DNA from: an uncultured Verrucomicrobiae bacterium
Lineage (GTDB): Bacteria > Verrucomicrobiota > Verrucomicrobiia > Opitutales > JABDGR01
DNA length: 64,000 nucleotides
Direction: 5' to 3'
Assembly: GCA_963765205.1 (NCBI GenBank)
Contig: CAVXVB010000005.1
Coordinates: 128,001-192,000, forward strand
A model generated the notes under the pieces. The model made no database searches. It worked only from the letters and a program-made list of their open reading frames with translations, and had not been told where the DNA came from. A program made the position numbers and the translations under genes. Shown piece by piece: positions 1-8,147 of this stretch (position 1 is its first letter; each line of letters opens with the position of its first letter).

Positions 1-1262
1 CCCAGACAGACACGACGGTGCCAGTCCTATTGCAGGCGGTGCCGAGCCAAACTCTGGGCATCGGCGGCTCGGTCGCCAACCTGGATTTGACGCCCTACTT
101 CCAAGACCCGGAGGCCACCGGCACCGCGGTGCGCATCACCGCCTATGTGGGGACCTTGGGCAGCGGCAACATTGATGTGGCGCTCTACGATAAATTGACG
201 CCCAAGACGGTGGCCAACTTCCTCGCATACATCAACGACGGGTATTATGTGAATAACATCGTGCACCGGGCGGTTCCAGGCTTTGTCATCCAAGGCGGGG
301 GCTATGATGTTTATCAAGACGCGTCGGGGAATTACGACGTGGGATTGGTGACGAGTCTGGGCGCCATCCCGAATGAGTTTGCCGGCTCCGGCCTTTCGAA
401 TGTCGCGGGCACCATCGCCATGGCCGAAGTTGGGTCTGATCCGAATAGCGCCACCAGCCAGTGGTTCATCAATATGGCGGACAATTCGCAGAACCTCGAC
501 ACCACGAACGGCGGTTACACGGTCTTTGGCAAAGTCATCGGCAACGGCATGGCGGTCGCCCAAATCATTGATTCAGCACAATTGGGCCCCTACGACTTCA
601 GCAGTTTTATTTCGGCTTGGAACCAGATTCCCCTCACGGGCAATACCTTGACTCTCGGCAATATTGTTTTTACGGACATGGCCACCATCCCGACGCTTAC
701 CTACTCGGTCGGTTCCGGCAACACCTCCCTGGTGACGGCGAGCATGAGCGGCAACATCGTGCAACTAACCCCTTCAACCACCCTGACTGGCAGCACCAAC
801 ATCACCATCACGGCGACGGCCCTCGACGCCGGCCAAACGCAGACGACCTTTACGGTGTTTGTGGATCAAACCTTCAGCAACTGGATCGCACCGTATAACT
901 TTTCCCCGTCCGCCGCCCTCGCAACCGCGAATCCCTCCGGCGACGGCGTGCCCAACCTGCTCAAATTCGCCTTTGACGGCAATCCCTTGCTGGCGCAGCG
1001 CGCCCTTGGCCTGCCGCAGGCGGAGTCCGGCGGCGGCGTCACATTCTATCAGCGGCAATTAGCCGGGTTGAGTTACGAGGTGGATGAATCCCCCGATCTC
1101 GAGACTTGGACCAAGACTTGGCAAACAAGCGACGGCCTGGCGGCGGCGCCGGTGGCCGTACATACCACGGTTTCGGGGTATGATGTCGTCACGATTCGCG
1201 ACCCCGCGGGCGGCTACCAGCCCGTGCATTTTTGGCGGGTGCAAGTCAGCCCTACGCTGTAG
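1..1262 (+). CDS. Cyclophilin-type peptidyl-prolyl cis-trans isomerase with Ig-like linker and C-terminal extension (probably 5'-truncated by window edge)
   Basis: Motifs TPKTVANFLAYI, HRAVPGFVIQGGG, GTIAMA, SATSQWFIN, GYTVFGKV; C-terminal GDGVPNLLKFAF...YEVDESPDLETW...FWRVQV tail; frame is open to the window edge. Confidence 0.9.
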   Translation, partial: QTDTTVPVLLQAVPSQTLGIGGSVANLDLTPYFQDPEATGTAVRITAYVGTLGSGNIDVALYDKLTPKTVANFLAYINDGYYVNNIVHRAVPGFVIQGGGYDVYQDASGNYDVGLVTSLGAIPNEFAGSGLSNVAGTIAMAEVGSDPNSATSQWFINMADNSQNLDTTNGGYTVFGKVIGNGMAVAQIIDSAQLGPYDFSSFISAWNQIPLTGNTLTLGNIVFTDMATIPTLTYSVGSGNTSLVTASMSGNIVQLTPSTTLTGSTNITITATALDAGQTQTTFTVFVDQTFSNWIAPYNFSPSAALATANPSGDGVPNLLKFAFDGNPLLAQRALGLPQAESGGGVTFYQRQLAGLSYEVDESPDLETWTKTWQTSDGLAAAPVAVHTTVSGYDVVTIRDPAGGYQPVHFWRVQVSPTL

Positions 1263-1391
1263 CGGGGGGGCGCGTTGCGACCACCGGCGACCGTCAAGTG
1301 GCTGAATGGGCGCTGGAAATACTCCCGCAGGCTTTCCTTTTGCAACTTTTGCGGTTAAAGTGGGTCAAATCCTGCTAAGGACACAGCCACG

Positions 1392-2075
1392 ATGAGCACC
1401 CTTTCGGACCTGCCCGCCGATGCGCCGGTGATGACGCTGCCGAACACGGCGTTGTTTCCGCAGGCGTTGCTGCCGCTCTACATCTTCGAGCCGCGCTACC
1501 GGCAGATGCTGGCCGACGCGCTGGCGGGCAACCGCCTCTTCGCCATCGCGGGCCTGGACCCGTTGCGCGCCGAGGAGCCGGACCAGGTCGAGCCGCCGTT
1601 TCCCATTGCCGGGCTGGGTGTCATCCGCGCCTGCCATGAAAACGCCGACGGCACGTCGAACCTCGTGCTGCAGGGCCTGGCGCGCGTGCGCTGCCGCGCG
1701 GTGCTGAGCGAGGAGCCTTACCGCCGCTGCGCCATCGAGGTGCTCGCCACCGCGCCGGGCGCGGGGCCCACGGAACTGCGCCGCCAGCGCCTTGCGCTGC
1801 TGCACCAGATCAACGAATGGCGCGAGCTGGGCGGCCCGGTGAGCACGGACGCCGTGCGTTTTTTGCGCTCGCTGGCGGAGCCGGAGACGTTTTTGGACCT
1901 GGCCGCGTTCACGCTGTGCCAGGACGCGCTCGAGAAGCAGCGGCTGCTCGAGGAATTGGACACGGCGGCGCGCTTTTCGCACTTCCTGCGCCACCTGCGG
2001 GCGGAAGCGGCCCGCCTGCGCCTCGCGCGCAAATTACAAGGCAAGCTGCGCGACGAGGATGTGTCGAGGAATTGA
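1392..2075 (+). CDS. LON peptidase substrate-binding (N-terminal) domain protein
   Basis: LFPQALLPLYIFEPRYRQM, DGTSNLVLQGLARVR, KQRLLEE motifs. Confidence 0.88.
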   Translation: MSTLSDLPADAPVMTLPNTALFPQALLPLYIFEPRYRQMLADALAGNRLFAIAGLDPLRAEEPDQVEPPFPIAGLGVIRACHENADGTSNLVLQGLARVRCRAVLSEEPYRRCAIEVLATAPGAGPTELRRQRLALLHQINEWRELGGPVSTDAVRFLRSLAEPETFLDLAAFTLCQDALEKQRLLEELDTAARFSHFLRHLRAEAARLRLARKLQGKLRDEDVSRN

Positions 2076-2246
2076 GGGACAGAGGGACAGAGGGACAGAG
2101 GGACAGAGGGACAGAGTTGCGCGGGTGAAATTGTGAAGGAAATACAAACAAAAAAAGGCGTGTGTCGTACGGAATTTGGACGTCCAGTGCCTGAGTGCGT
2201 CATTGCCTTTGTGCCTCTGTCCCTTTGTCCCTCGGTCCCTCGGTCG
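2074..2246. repeat. Inverted pair of 8-mer tandem arrays: (GAGGGACA)5 and degenerate (CCTYKGTC)n
   Basis: Perfect 5x GAGGGACA at 2074-2113; complementary degenerate arm at about 2206-2246 inside the 3' end of the minus-strand gene. Confidence 0.9.
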
Positions 2247-3468
2247 CTTCCGCCGCTTCGCGCAGCAGATCGGCCAGGTTCAACAGCGCGTTTTGCAAAT
2301 ACGCTGCGGTTTCGTGGCCGCCGCCGTTGGTGAGCACCGCAAGGGCCGTGCGGTATTGGGGAATGATGGCGACTAATTCCGCCTGGTTGTCCTGCTCGCC
2401 CAGGCGGGCGATGATTTCGAGGCCGCGGTAATGTTGCTGCGCCCAACCGAGGCTGTAGCCGTGGTTGTCGTCGAGGTTGGTCGCGGGCCGCCAGCGCGCC
2501 TGCACGGCGTCTTCACCGAGCCAGCGCGTGCCATCGGGCCCAAGGCCGCCGGACAATTCCACTTGCAACCACGCGGCGATGTCGCGCGCCGACGCATGCA
2601 GGCCCAGCGCGGGCCGCAAGGCCGCGCCGGAGACGGGCGGCGCGGGTGCGGCTTGCCAGAGGCTGTTGGTATCGCGCGTGTGGCCGGCGGCTTCGTCCTC
2701 ACCGGTGGCAGCCACGGGCGGATCGAACGTGGCGCGCTTCATGCCGAGCGGGTCGAGCACTTGGGTCTGGACGAGCGCGGCGTAGCCGGCGGCCAGGCCG
2801 CCGTTGGGCGCCCGGCGGTGGTTGCTGGCATAAACCGCGAGGTAGCCCGCGAGGGCCGTGCTGGCGTCACAATAAGCAAACCCCCGGCCGGGTTGGGCGG
2901 TGAGGGGAATTTCGGCGGCGACGGCAAAAAGGTCGGCGGGTGTGCGGGCGGGATCGCCCAGCAGGTTGTCGGCGCGGTCGGGCAAGCCGGCGGTCATGCC
3001 CAGCAACTGGCGCAGGGTGACGTTGCGCGTCGCCGGTGCATCGGCGAGGGCGAATTCATCCCAGCACCGGCGCGCGGGGGCGTCGAGTTCAAGCACATTT
3101 TGGGCGGCGAGGCGCGCGAGGAGGAGGGAATTGACGGCGGCCGTGGCCGGCCCGAGCGCGAAGCGCGTATCGGGAGTGACGGGGGCGTCGCCGGCGAGAG
3201 AGCGTTTGCCCAGACCGTCAAGCAGGAGCGTTTGCCCGGGTTGGATGAGCGCCACCGCCACGCCGGGCAGGCCCGCGTCACTGCGCGATTTTTCGAGCGA
3301 ATAGCGGTAGGCGGCGATTTGGTCGGCGCTCAATTTGACGACGACCGGCGCGGGCGGTGGGATGGCCGCCGCGGCGTTGGCGTCCACCGCGCCGCGGGCC
3401 GCCTGCGCGGCGAGGAGCAGAACGGCGGCGAGCCGGGCCGCGCGCGAAAATGGGGAAGGGCGGTTCAC
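2200..3468 (-). CDS. Beta-lactamase/serine hydrolase family protein, secreted, catalytic residues apparently degenerate
   Basis: Signal peptide; PGVAVALI, PVTPDTRFALGP, VTLRQLLGMTAGLP, VLDPLGM, GLHASARDIAAW, GYSLGW; start (GTG 3468) estimated. Confidence 0.8.
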   Translation of the reverse strand: MNRPSPFSRAARLAAVLLLAAQAARGAVDANAAAAIPPPAPVVVKLSADQIAAYRYSLEKSRSDAGLPGVAVALIQPGQTLLLDGLGKRSLAGDAPVTPDTRFALGPATAAVNSLLLARLAAQNVLELDAPARRCWDEFALADAPATRNVTLRQLLGMTAGLPDRADNLLGDPARTPADLFAVAAEIPLTAQPGRGFAYCDASTALAGYLAVYASNHRRAPNGGLAAGYAALVQTQVLDPLGMKRATFDPPVAATGEDEAAGHTRDTNSLWQAAPAPPVSGAALRPALGLHASARDIAAWLQVELSGGLGPDGTRWLGEDAVQARWRPATNLDDNHGYSLGWAQQHYRGLEIIARLGEQDNQAELVAIIPQYRTALAVLTNGGGHETAAYLQNALLNLADLLREAAEATEGPRDKGTEAQRQ

Positions 3469-3488
3469 GCGGTGTGGGCGCCGATGGG

Positions 3489-4280
3489 TTAGTAGTTGCG
3501 AATGGGAATATCCGCCTGCGGGGCGGGCTGCACGCCACCAAAAGTCGCTTTTTCCGGGACGGGCAAATCGGCCAGGGCTGCGCCGGATTTGGAAATCACG
3601 CGGACGATTTTTTTTGTTTCCGTGCCGAAGACGAAAACGAGGGAATCCACCTCCGGCTTGTCCCACCAACTGGCGCCGGGCAGTTGCACGGTGTCGAAAG
3701 TGTCGCCAGTGGCCGGGGTCACGGCGTCGGTCAGGTCCGCGGGGCCGGAGCCGGGTTGGGACAAAATAAACATGCCATCCTTGCGGTCGGGTTGCGCGTA
3801 GGGTGGGGTGTCCTCGGCGTGGAGCAACTGGTGGTTTTTATCGTAAGCATACCAGCGGGCGGATAGCGCGGCGGCGGGGAAGGGTTGGAAGATGCGCAGC
3901 GAGAGGCGAAAATAATCGCGGGTGCTTTCGTCCGGCGCCGGGCCGGCGGGCGGCTGGGGGGTGCCGGCGGCGGGTTGCAGGCGCGCAATGCTGGCAAACT
4001 CGAACAATTCGCCCGGGGGCAGGTTGGGGTAAAGTTCCTGGCCGGAGTAATCGGCATATTTGTCCAAGGCGACCAGGGAGTGTTCCGGGAAGTCGAAATC
4101 GCGCCAGGAGCCGTCGGGGAACACGGTGGCGGCAACATGCAGGCCATTGCCCACGACGACGACATCGTAGGCTGCTGTGCGCACCTCCGGATTGCGGATG
4201 GGGTAGAGCACCATGTAGGTGCGGCCGGGCTTAAGGTCGCGGCATTTGATGAACGCCGTGGTCTTGCCGTCCTGAATCAT
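3489..4280 (-). CDS. Hypothetical protein; likely the C-terminal part of one gene with 4277..4798 (frameshift at G7 4295-4301)
   Basis: 263-aa ORF; adding one C to the minus-strand C run joins it in frame (LPPRDSPLMIQDG). Confidence 0.6.
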   Translation of the reverse strand: MIQDGKTTAFIKCRDLKPGRTYMVLYPIRNPEVRTAAYDVVVVGNGLHVAATVFPDGSWRDFDFPEHSLVALDKYADYSGQELYPNLPPGELFEFASIARLQPAAGTPQPPAGPAPDESTRDYFRLSLRIFQPFPAAALSARWYAYDKNHQLLHAEDTPPYAQPDRKDGMFILSQPGSGPADLTDAVTPATGDTFDTVQLPGASWWDKPEVDSLVFVFGTETKKIVRVISKSGAALADLPVPEKATFGGVQPAPQADIPIRNY

Positions 4281-4798
4281 GAGCGGGCTGTCGCGGGGGG
4301 GAGGATGAAGGGAATGCGTTTATGCTGGTCGTCGAAAAAATAGACATAGACGTAGTCAAGCGTGCTGCCGTCGGTGTTGCGCAACGTGAGCGGGATGCCG
4401 AGATAGGCGTCGAGGTAGCCGTGATCCTGGAGGGGGCGCAGGCGCAAAACGCGCGGCTCGTCCAGGATAAAGGGCCGGCCCAAGGCCGAGAGCGATTGGG
4501 TGGGCGGCGGGTCTTCACCCGCGCCGGCGGGTTGTTGAAGAAGCCACTCGCGCACGGCCTCGCGGTCGTTGGGCACCAAGTCGTTTAGGTCGAGGGTGAA
4601 GGTGCGCCCGTCCGGATGGCGGAAGGTGACCTGCTCGTCCTTATACAAGCTGACGATGGTGGCCTCGTAATGATGGCCATCCAGATCGGTCCACCAATCG
4701 CGCGTCTGGGCAAAACTGGTGGCGCCGGCCAGCATACCTGCCAGCACCAGCGCAGTGCGCCAGCGGCGTGGGGAAAAGTGGGCAAAGGCCGGTGGCAT
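4277..4798 (-). CDS. Secreted SHD1-like domain protein (N-terminal part)
   Basis: Signal peptide then RDWWTDLDGHHYEATIV...VTFRHPDGRTFTLDLNDLVPNDREAVREW, typical of the SHD1 (SLA1 homology domain 1) pattern. Confidence 0.65.
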   Translation of the reverse strand: MPPAFAHFSPRRWRTALVLAGMLAGATSFAQTRDWWTDLDGHHYEATIVSLYKDEQVTFRHPDGRTFTLDLNDLVPNDREAVREWLLQQPAGAGEDPPPTQSLSALGRPFILDEPRVLRLRPLQDHGYLDAYLGIPLTLRNTDGSTLDYVYVYFFDDQHKRIPFILPPATARS

Positions 4799-4907
4799 TT
4801 TCGGGCGGCCGCAAAAAGGCGCTGGGAAACAGGAGGTGATGCCGCTCGAGGCCAGGGATAGACCAGCGATGTGGCCGAGGATTGACCGGCTTTAAGATCG
4901 CGCGGTC

Positions 4908-5223
4908 TTAAAGCTTTTCCGGCGGGTTGGCCGGCCGCGGCGGCGCGGAATCAAGCGGTCCGCCGGAGGCGGCGGGCGGGGCGGAAGGGGGAGAGGCGGC
5001 CTGGAGTTGGGCTTTTTTGCGTTCTTCCTCCCGCACCGCTGAGTGAAAATTGTCCTCCACCTCGTTGGCGGCCTTTTTGAATTCGCGCATGGACTGGCCC
5101 AGGGCCTTCGCCAATTTCGGGCAGTTTCTTCGATCCGAACATCAGCAGGCACAGGAACATCACGAAGAACATTTCCCCGCCGTTCATGCTCAGGAAGGCC
5201 AAGGTTGATAATGGTAGGCTCAT
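4908..5223 (-). pseudogene. tatA: Twin-arginine translocase TatA, copy 1, frameshifted (possible assembly indel)
   Basis: MNGGEMFFVMFLCLLMFGSKKLPE in one frame and LAKALGQSMREFKKA in another; one extra base at 5115-5117. Confidence 0.8.
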
Positions 5224-5349
5224 GGGACTAATATGGGCTTGGGCTGGCCATCTGTAAACCCTTAAATCGAGGCGAGGTTCCACCGCAAGGCCCCAACCTG
5301 CTCCGGCGTCGCCACGGGAGCTTGATTTATCGAAAAAACCGACCGGGCC

Positions 5350-5595
5350 TTAAAGCTTTTCTGAGGGTTGGGCCGACCGGGACTCGAGGGGGGCGGCGGG
5401 CGGCGGCGAAGGCGGGCGAGGGACGTCATCCACCTCGTTGGCGGCTTTTTTGAATTCGCGCATGGACTGGCCCATGGCTTTCGCCAGCTCAGGCAGCTTC
5501 TTAGACCCGAACATGAGAAGGCACAGGAACATGACGAAGAACATCTCTCCGCCGTTCATGCTCAGGAAGGCCAATACTGATAAGGGTGTGCTCAT
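5350..5595 (-). CDS. tatA: Twin-arginine translocase TatA/E, copy 2
   Basis: TM helix plus FGSKKLPELAKAMGQSMREFKKA signature. Confidence 0.92.
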   Translation of the reverse strand: MSTPLSVLAFLSMNGGEMFFVMFLCLLMFGSKKLPELAKAMGQSMREFKKAANEVDDVPRPPSPPPAAPLESRSAQPSEKL

Positions 5596-5640
5596 AGTGT
5601 CAATATGGGCTGAAGTTAGCCTATTGTAAACCCTTAAATC

Positions 5641-5707
5641 GAGGGGGATGGCGGGGAATTAGGAGGGATGAATTAAGAATTAAGAAGTGGAGAGGGGGAT
5701 GGCGGGG
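5641..5707. repeat. 16-bp direct repeat GAGGGGGATGGCGGGG flanking a short AATTAAG-type array
   Basis: Identical 16-mers at 5641-5656 and 5692-5707. Confidence 0.8.
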
Positions 5708-5833
5708 TTAATAAATCGAGTAGCGTTGATTTTCCGACTCAAAACCGAAACTTCCGCGTCCCCGTTTACGCCTCCAGCCTTGCAGCCGGGCGCGGGAGGC
5801 GATATAAGTTTTTGTTCAAGCATGCCGCATTTT

Positions 5834-6817
5834 ATGAGCACCACGCCCGCCAAGCCCATTGTCCCCGCCCCGCGCATCCGCGAGACGCTCCAGCGCCTCA
5901 AGCAAAACATTGGGCGCGTCATCCTCGGGAAGGACGAAGTGATAGACCAGGTGCTCATCACGCTCGTGGCCGGCGGGCATTTGCTGCTGGAGGACCTGCC
6001 GGGCCTGGGTAAAACCACGTTGGCCTATTGCCTGGCGCGGTCGCTCGACTGCCAGTTCTCCCGCATCCAGTTCACCAGCGACTTGCTGCCGAGCGACGTG
6101 TTGGGCGTCTCGATTTACGACGAGAACCTCAAAGAGTTCATTTTCAAGAAAGGGCCGATTTTTGCCAATATCGTGCTGGCCGACGAGATCAACCGCACCA
6201 CGCCCAAGACCCAGTCCAGTCTGCTCGAGGTTATGGATCACGGCAAGGTTTCGATGGATGGGCAGGCCTATGCAGTGGGCCAGCCGTTCATGGTTTTCGC
6301 CACGCAAAACCCGGTGGACTACGAGGGCACGTTCCCGCTGCCGGAAAGCCAGATGGATCGCTTTTTCATGCGCCTGCAAATGGGCTACCCGTCCTTTGCC
6401 GCCGAGTTGAGCATCCTCCAGTCCGCCACCACGCGGCGCAACTACGACCTGCTCGACCTGGAGCCGGTGGCCACACGCGCGGAAATCGTCGAGATCCAGC
6501 ACTACACACCGCAGGTGTTTGTCGAGGACTCGGTGTTGGAATACCTGTTAAAAATCGTCGCCGCCACGCGCACGGAGGCAGACTTCCAGGCCGGCATCTC
6601 GACCCGCGGCTCGCTCGCGCTGAAGCTCGCGGCCCAAGCGGCGGCCTTGGGCGACGGGCGCGCGTTCGTCATCCCCGCCGACGTGCAGCAGGTCGTCAAA
6701 CCCGTGTGCGTCCACCGTCTCGGCCTCAAGCGCGCCACGGCGGATTCGCTCGAGGAGCGCCGGCTGGTCGAAGGGTTGCTGACACAAATTTTAGACAAAA
6801 TTCCGGCGCCGGTGTGA
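5834..6817 (+). CDS. MoxR family AAA+ ATPase
   Basis: [61 protein letters not shown]; start estimated. Confidence 0.95.
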   Translation: MSTTPAKPIVPAPRIRETLQRLKQNIGRVILGKDEVIDQVLITLVAGGHLLLEDLPGLGKTTLAYCLARSLDCQFSRIQFTSDLLPSDVLGVSIYDENLKEFIFKKGPIFANIVLADEINRTTPKTQSSLLEVMDHGKVSMDGQAYAVGQPFMVFATQNPVDYEGTFPLPESQMDRFFMRLQMGYPSFAAELSILQSATTRRNYDLLDLEPVATRAEIVEIQHYTPQVFVEDSVLEYLLKIVAATRTEADFQAGISTRGSLALKLAAQAAALGDGRAFVIPADVQQVVKPVCVHRLGLKRATADSLEERRLVEGLLTQILDKIPAPV

Positions 6818-6821
6818 CCGG

Positions 6822-6967
6822 CAACTTCCAACATCGAACGTCCAACATTCAACATCCAATGAAGAAGCCAGGCACGGATGCTAATTTTCACCGCAAAGAC
6901 GCCAGGATCGCAAAGTGTGATTTCAACGTCCAGTCGCTCCTTTGCGTTTTTGGCGTCTTTGCGGTGA
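6822..6967. repeat. CAACATC-type heptamer array followed by 28-bp inverted repeat (TCACCGCAAAGACGCCA...)
   Basis: Array 6822-6860; arms 6888-6915 and 6940-6967 with 3 mismatches. Confidence 0.85.
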
Positions 6968-6983
6968 TAGTTGAGCAAGGGTT

Positions 6984-8147
6984 ATGAATGCTGCCCCCGC
7001 CTTTTCCCTGAATGCCGCCGGCTCGCCGCGCCCCGACGCCTGGTCCGACATGGGCCAGGCCGGGGCGCGCTCCGGCTGGGCGGCCCACGCCTGGTGGCTG
7101 CTGTGGCACTGGGTGCTGCCGCCCGAGATGCAGCGGACGCGGCCGACGCGCGCGGGCGTGGTGTTGATGGCGGTGGCCTTCGGCATCGGGCTGGCGGCTT
7201 ACAACAACGCGAATAATGTGTTGTTCATGGCGCTGTCGCTGCTGTTGTCGAGCCTGGTGCTCAGCGGCCTGCTGTCATGGATGAATTTTCGCGGGGTGCG
7301 CTGGCGCCTGCGCCTGCCCGCGCACTGGCGGGCGGGCGAGCCGGGGCTGGCCCGGCTCGAACTGGCCAACGCCAAAAAAATCACCCCGACTTACAGTCTA
7401 TTATTCCACGCCCGCGCCCGCCGCCTCGGCGCGGCCTCCCCCCAGCCGCTCACCGACCGCCTGGACGCCGGGCGCGAGACCGCCCTCGAGTGGATTTTCG
7501 CGCCGCGCGAGCGCGGAAGCGAGACGATTGAGGTTGCCGGGGCCGAGTCGCAATTTCCCTTTGGCTTCCTGCGCAAAATGGCCGGCGGCAGTCTGCGGCA
7601 GGAGGTATGGGTGTGGCCCGCACGGGTCGCCTATGAATTCCTGCCACCCCTGAGCCGCCAGCCACGCCAGGCTGGCGACACGCAGCGCCGCCCCGGCCCC
7701 GGCGCGGATTTACTGGGCATCCGGCCCTACCGCCCGGGCGATGCGCCGCGGCTGGTGCATTGGAAGGCGAGCGCGCGCTTGCGCGCACTGGTCGTGCGGC
7801 AGACGGGCGAGGAGCAGAAATCCGGCTACCACCTGGTCGTTGAGCCGACGCGGGCGTTGTGGCCCGACGCGGCCCAGTTTGAGAAACTGTGTGGGCTCGC
7901 GGCGAGCCTCGCCGAGGATTTGTTCACCGCCGGCCTTTTGCGCGCGGCGACGGTGCAGGGCGGCGTAACCCAGAATATTACGCGGCTGACCGATTTGCAT
8001 TCATTTTTTGACCAGTTGGCAAAACTGGCCCCGGCGGAGCACGCCGCGGGCGGCACGCCGGCCGGCCACGATGTCATCACCTTTCAGCCGGGCTCCCGGC
8101 AACAAGTCCATGTCTACCTCGGCGGACAACTCGCGGGTGCGGCTTAG
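6984..8147 (+). CDS. DUF58 domain membrane protein
   Basis: N-terminal TMs, SQFPFG, IRPYRPGDAPRLVHWKASAR; adjacent to MoxR. Confidence 0.92.
   Translation: MNAAPAFSLNAAGSPRPDAWSDMGQAGARSGWAAHAWWLLWHWVLPPEMQRTRPTRAGVVLMAVAFGIGLAAYNNANNVLFMALSLLLSSLVLSGLLSWMNFRGVRWRLRLPAHWRAGEPGLARLELANAKKITPTYSLLFHARARRLGAASPQPLTDRLDAGRETALEWIFAPRERGSETIEVAGAESQFPFGFLRKMAGGSLRQEVWVWPARVAYEFLPPLSRQPRQAGDTQRRPGPGADLLGIRPYRPGDAPRLVHWKASARLRALVVRQTGEEQKSGYHLVVEPTRALWPDAAQFEKLCGLAASLAEDLFTAGLLRAATVQGGVTQNITRLTDLHSFFDQLAKLAPAEHAAGGTPAGHDVITFQPGSRQQVHVYLGGQLAGAA

Noticed and set aside
4908..5595. DGR template/variable repeat pair (tatA copies; also the fabG end duplication)
   Set aside because: Differences are not adenine-specific and no reverse transcriptase is present
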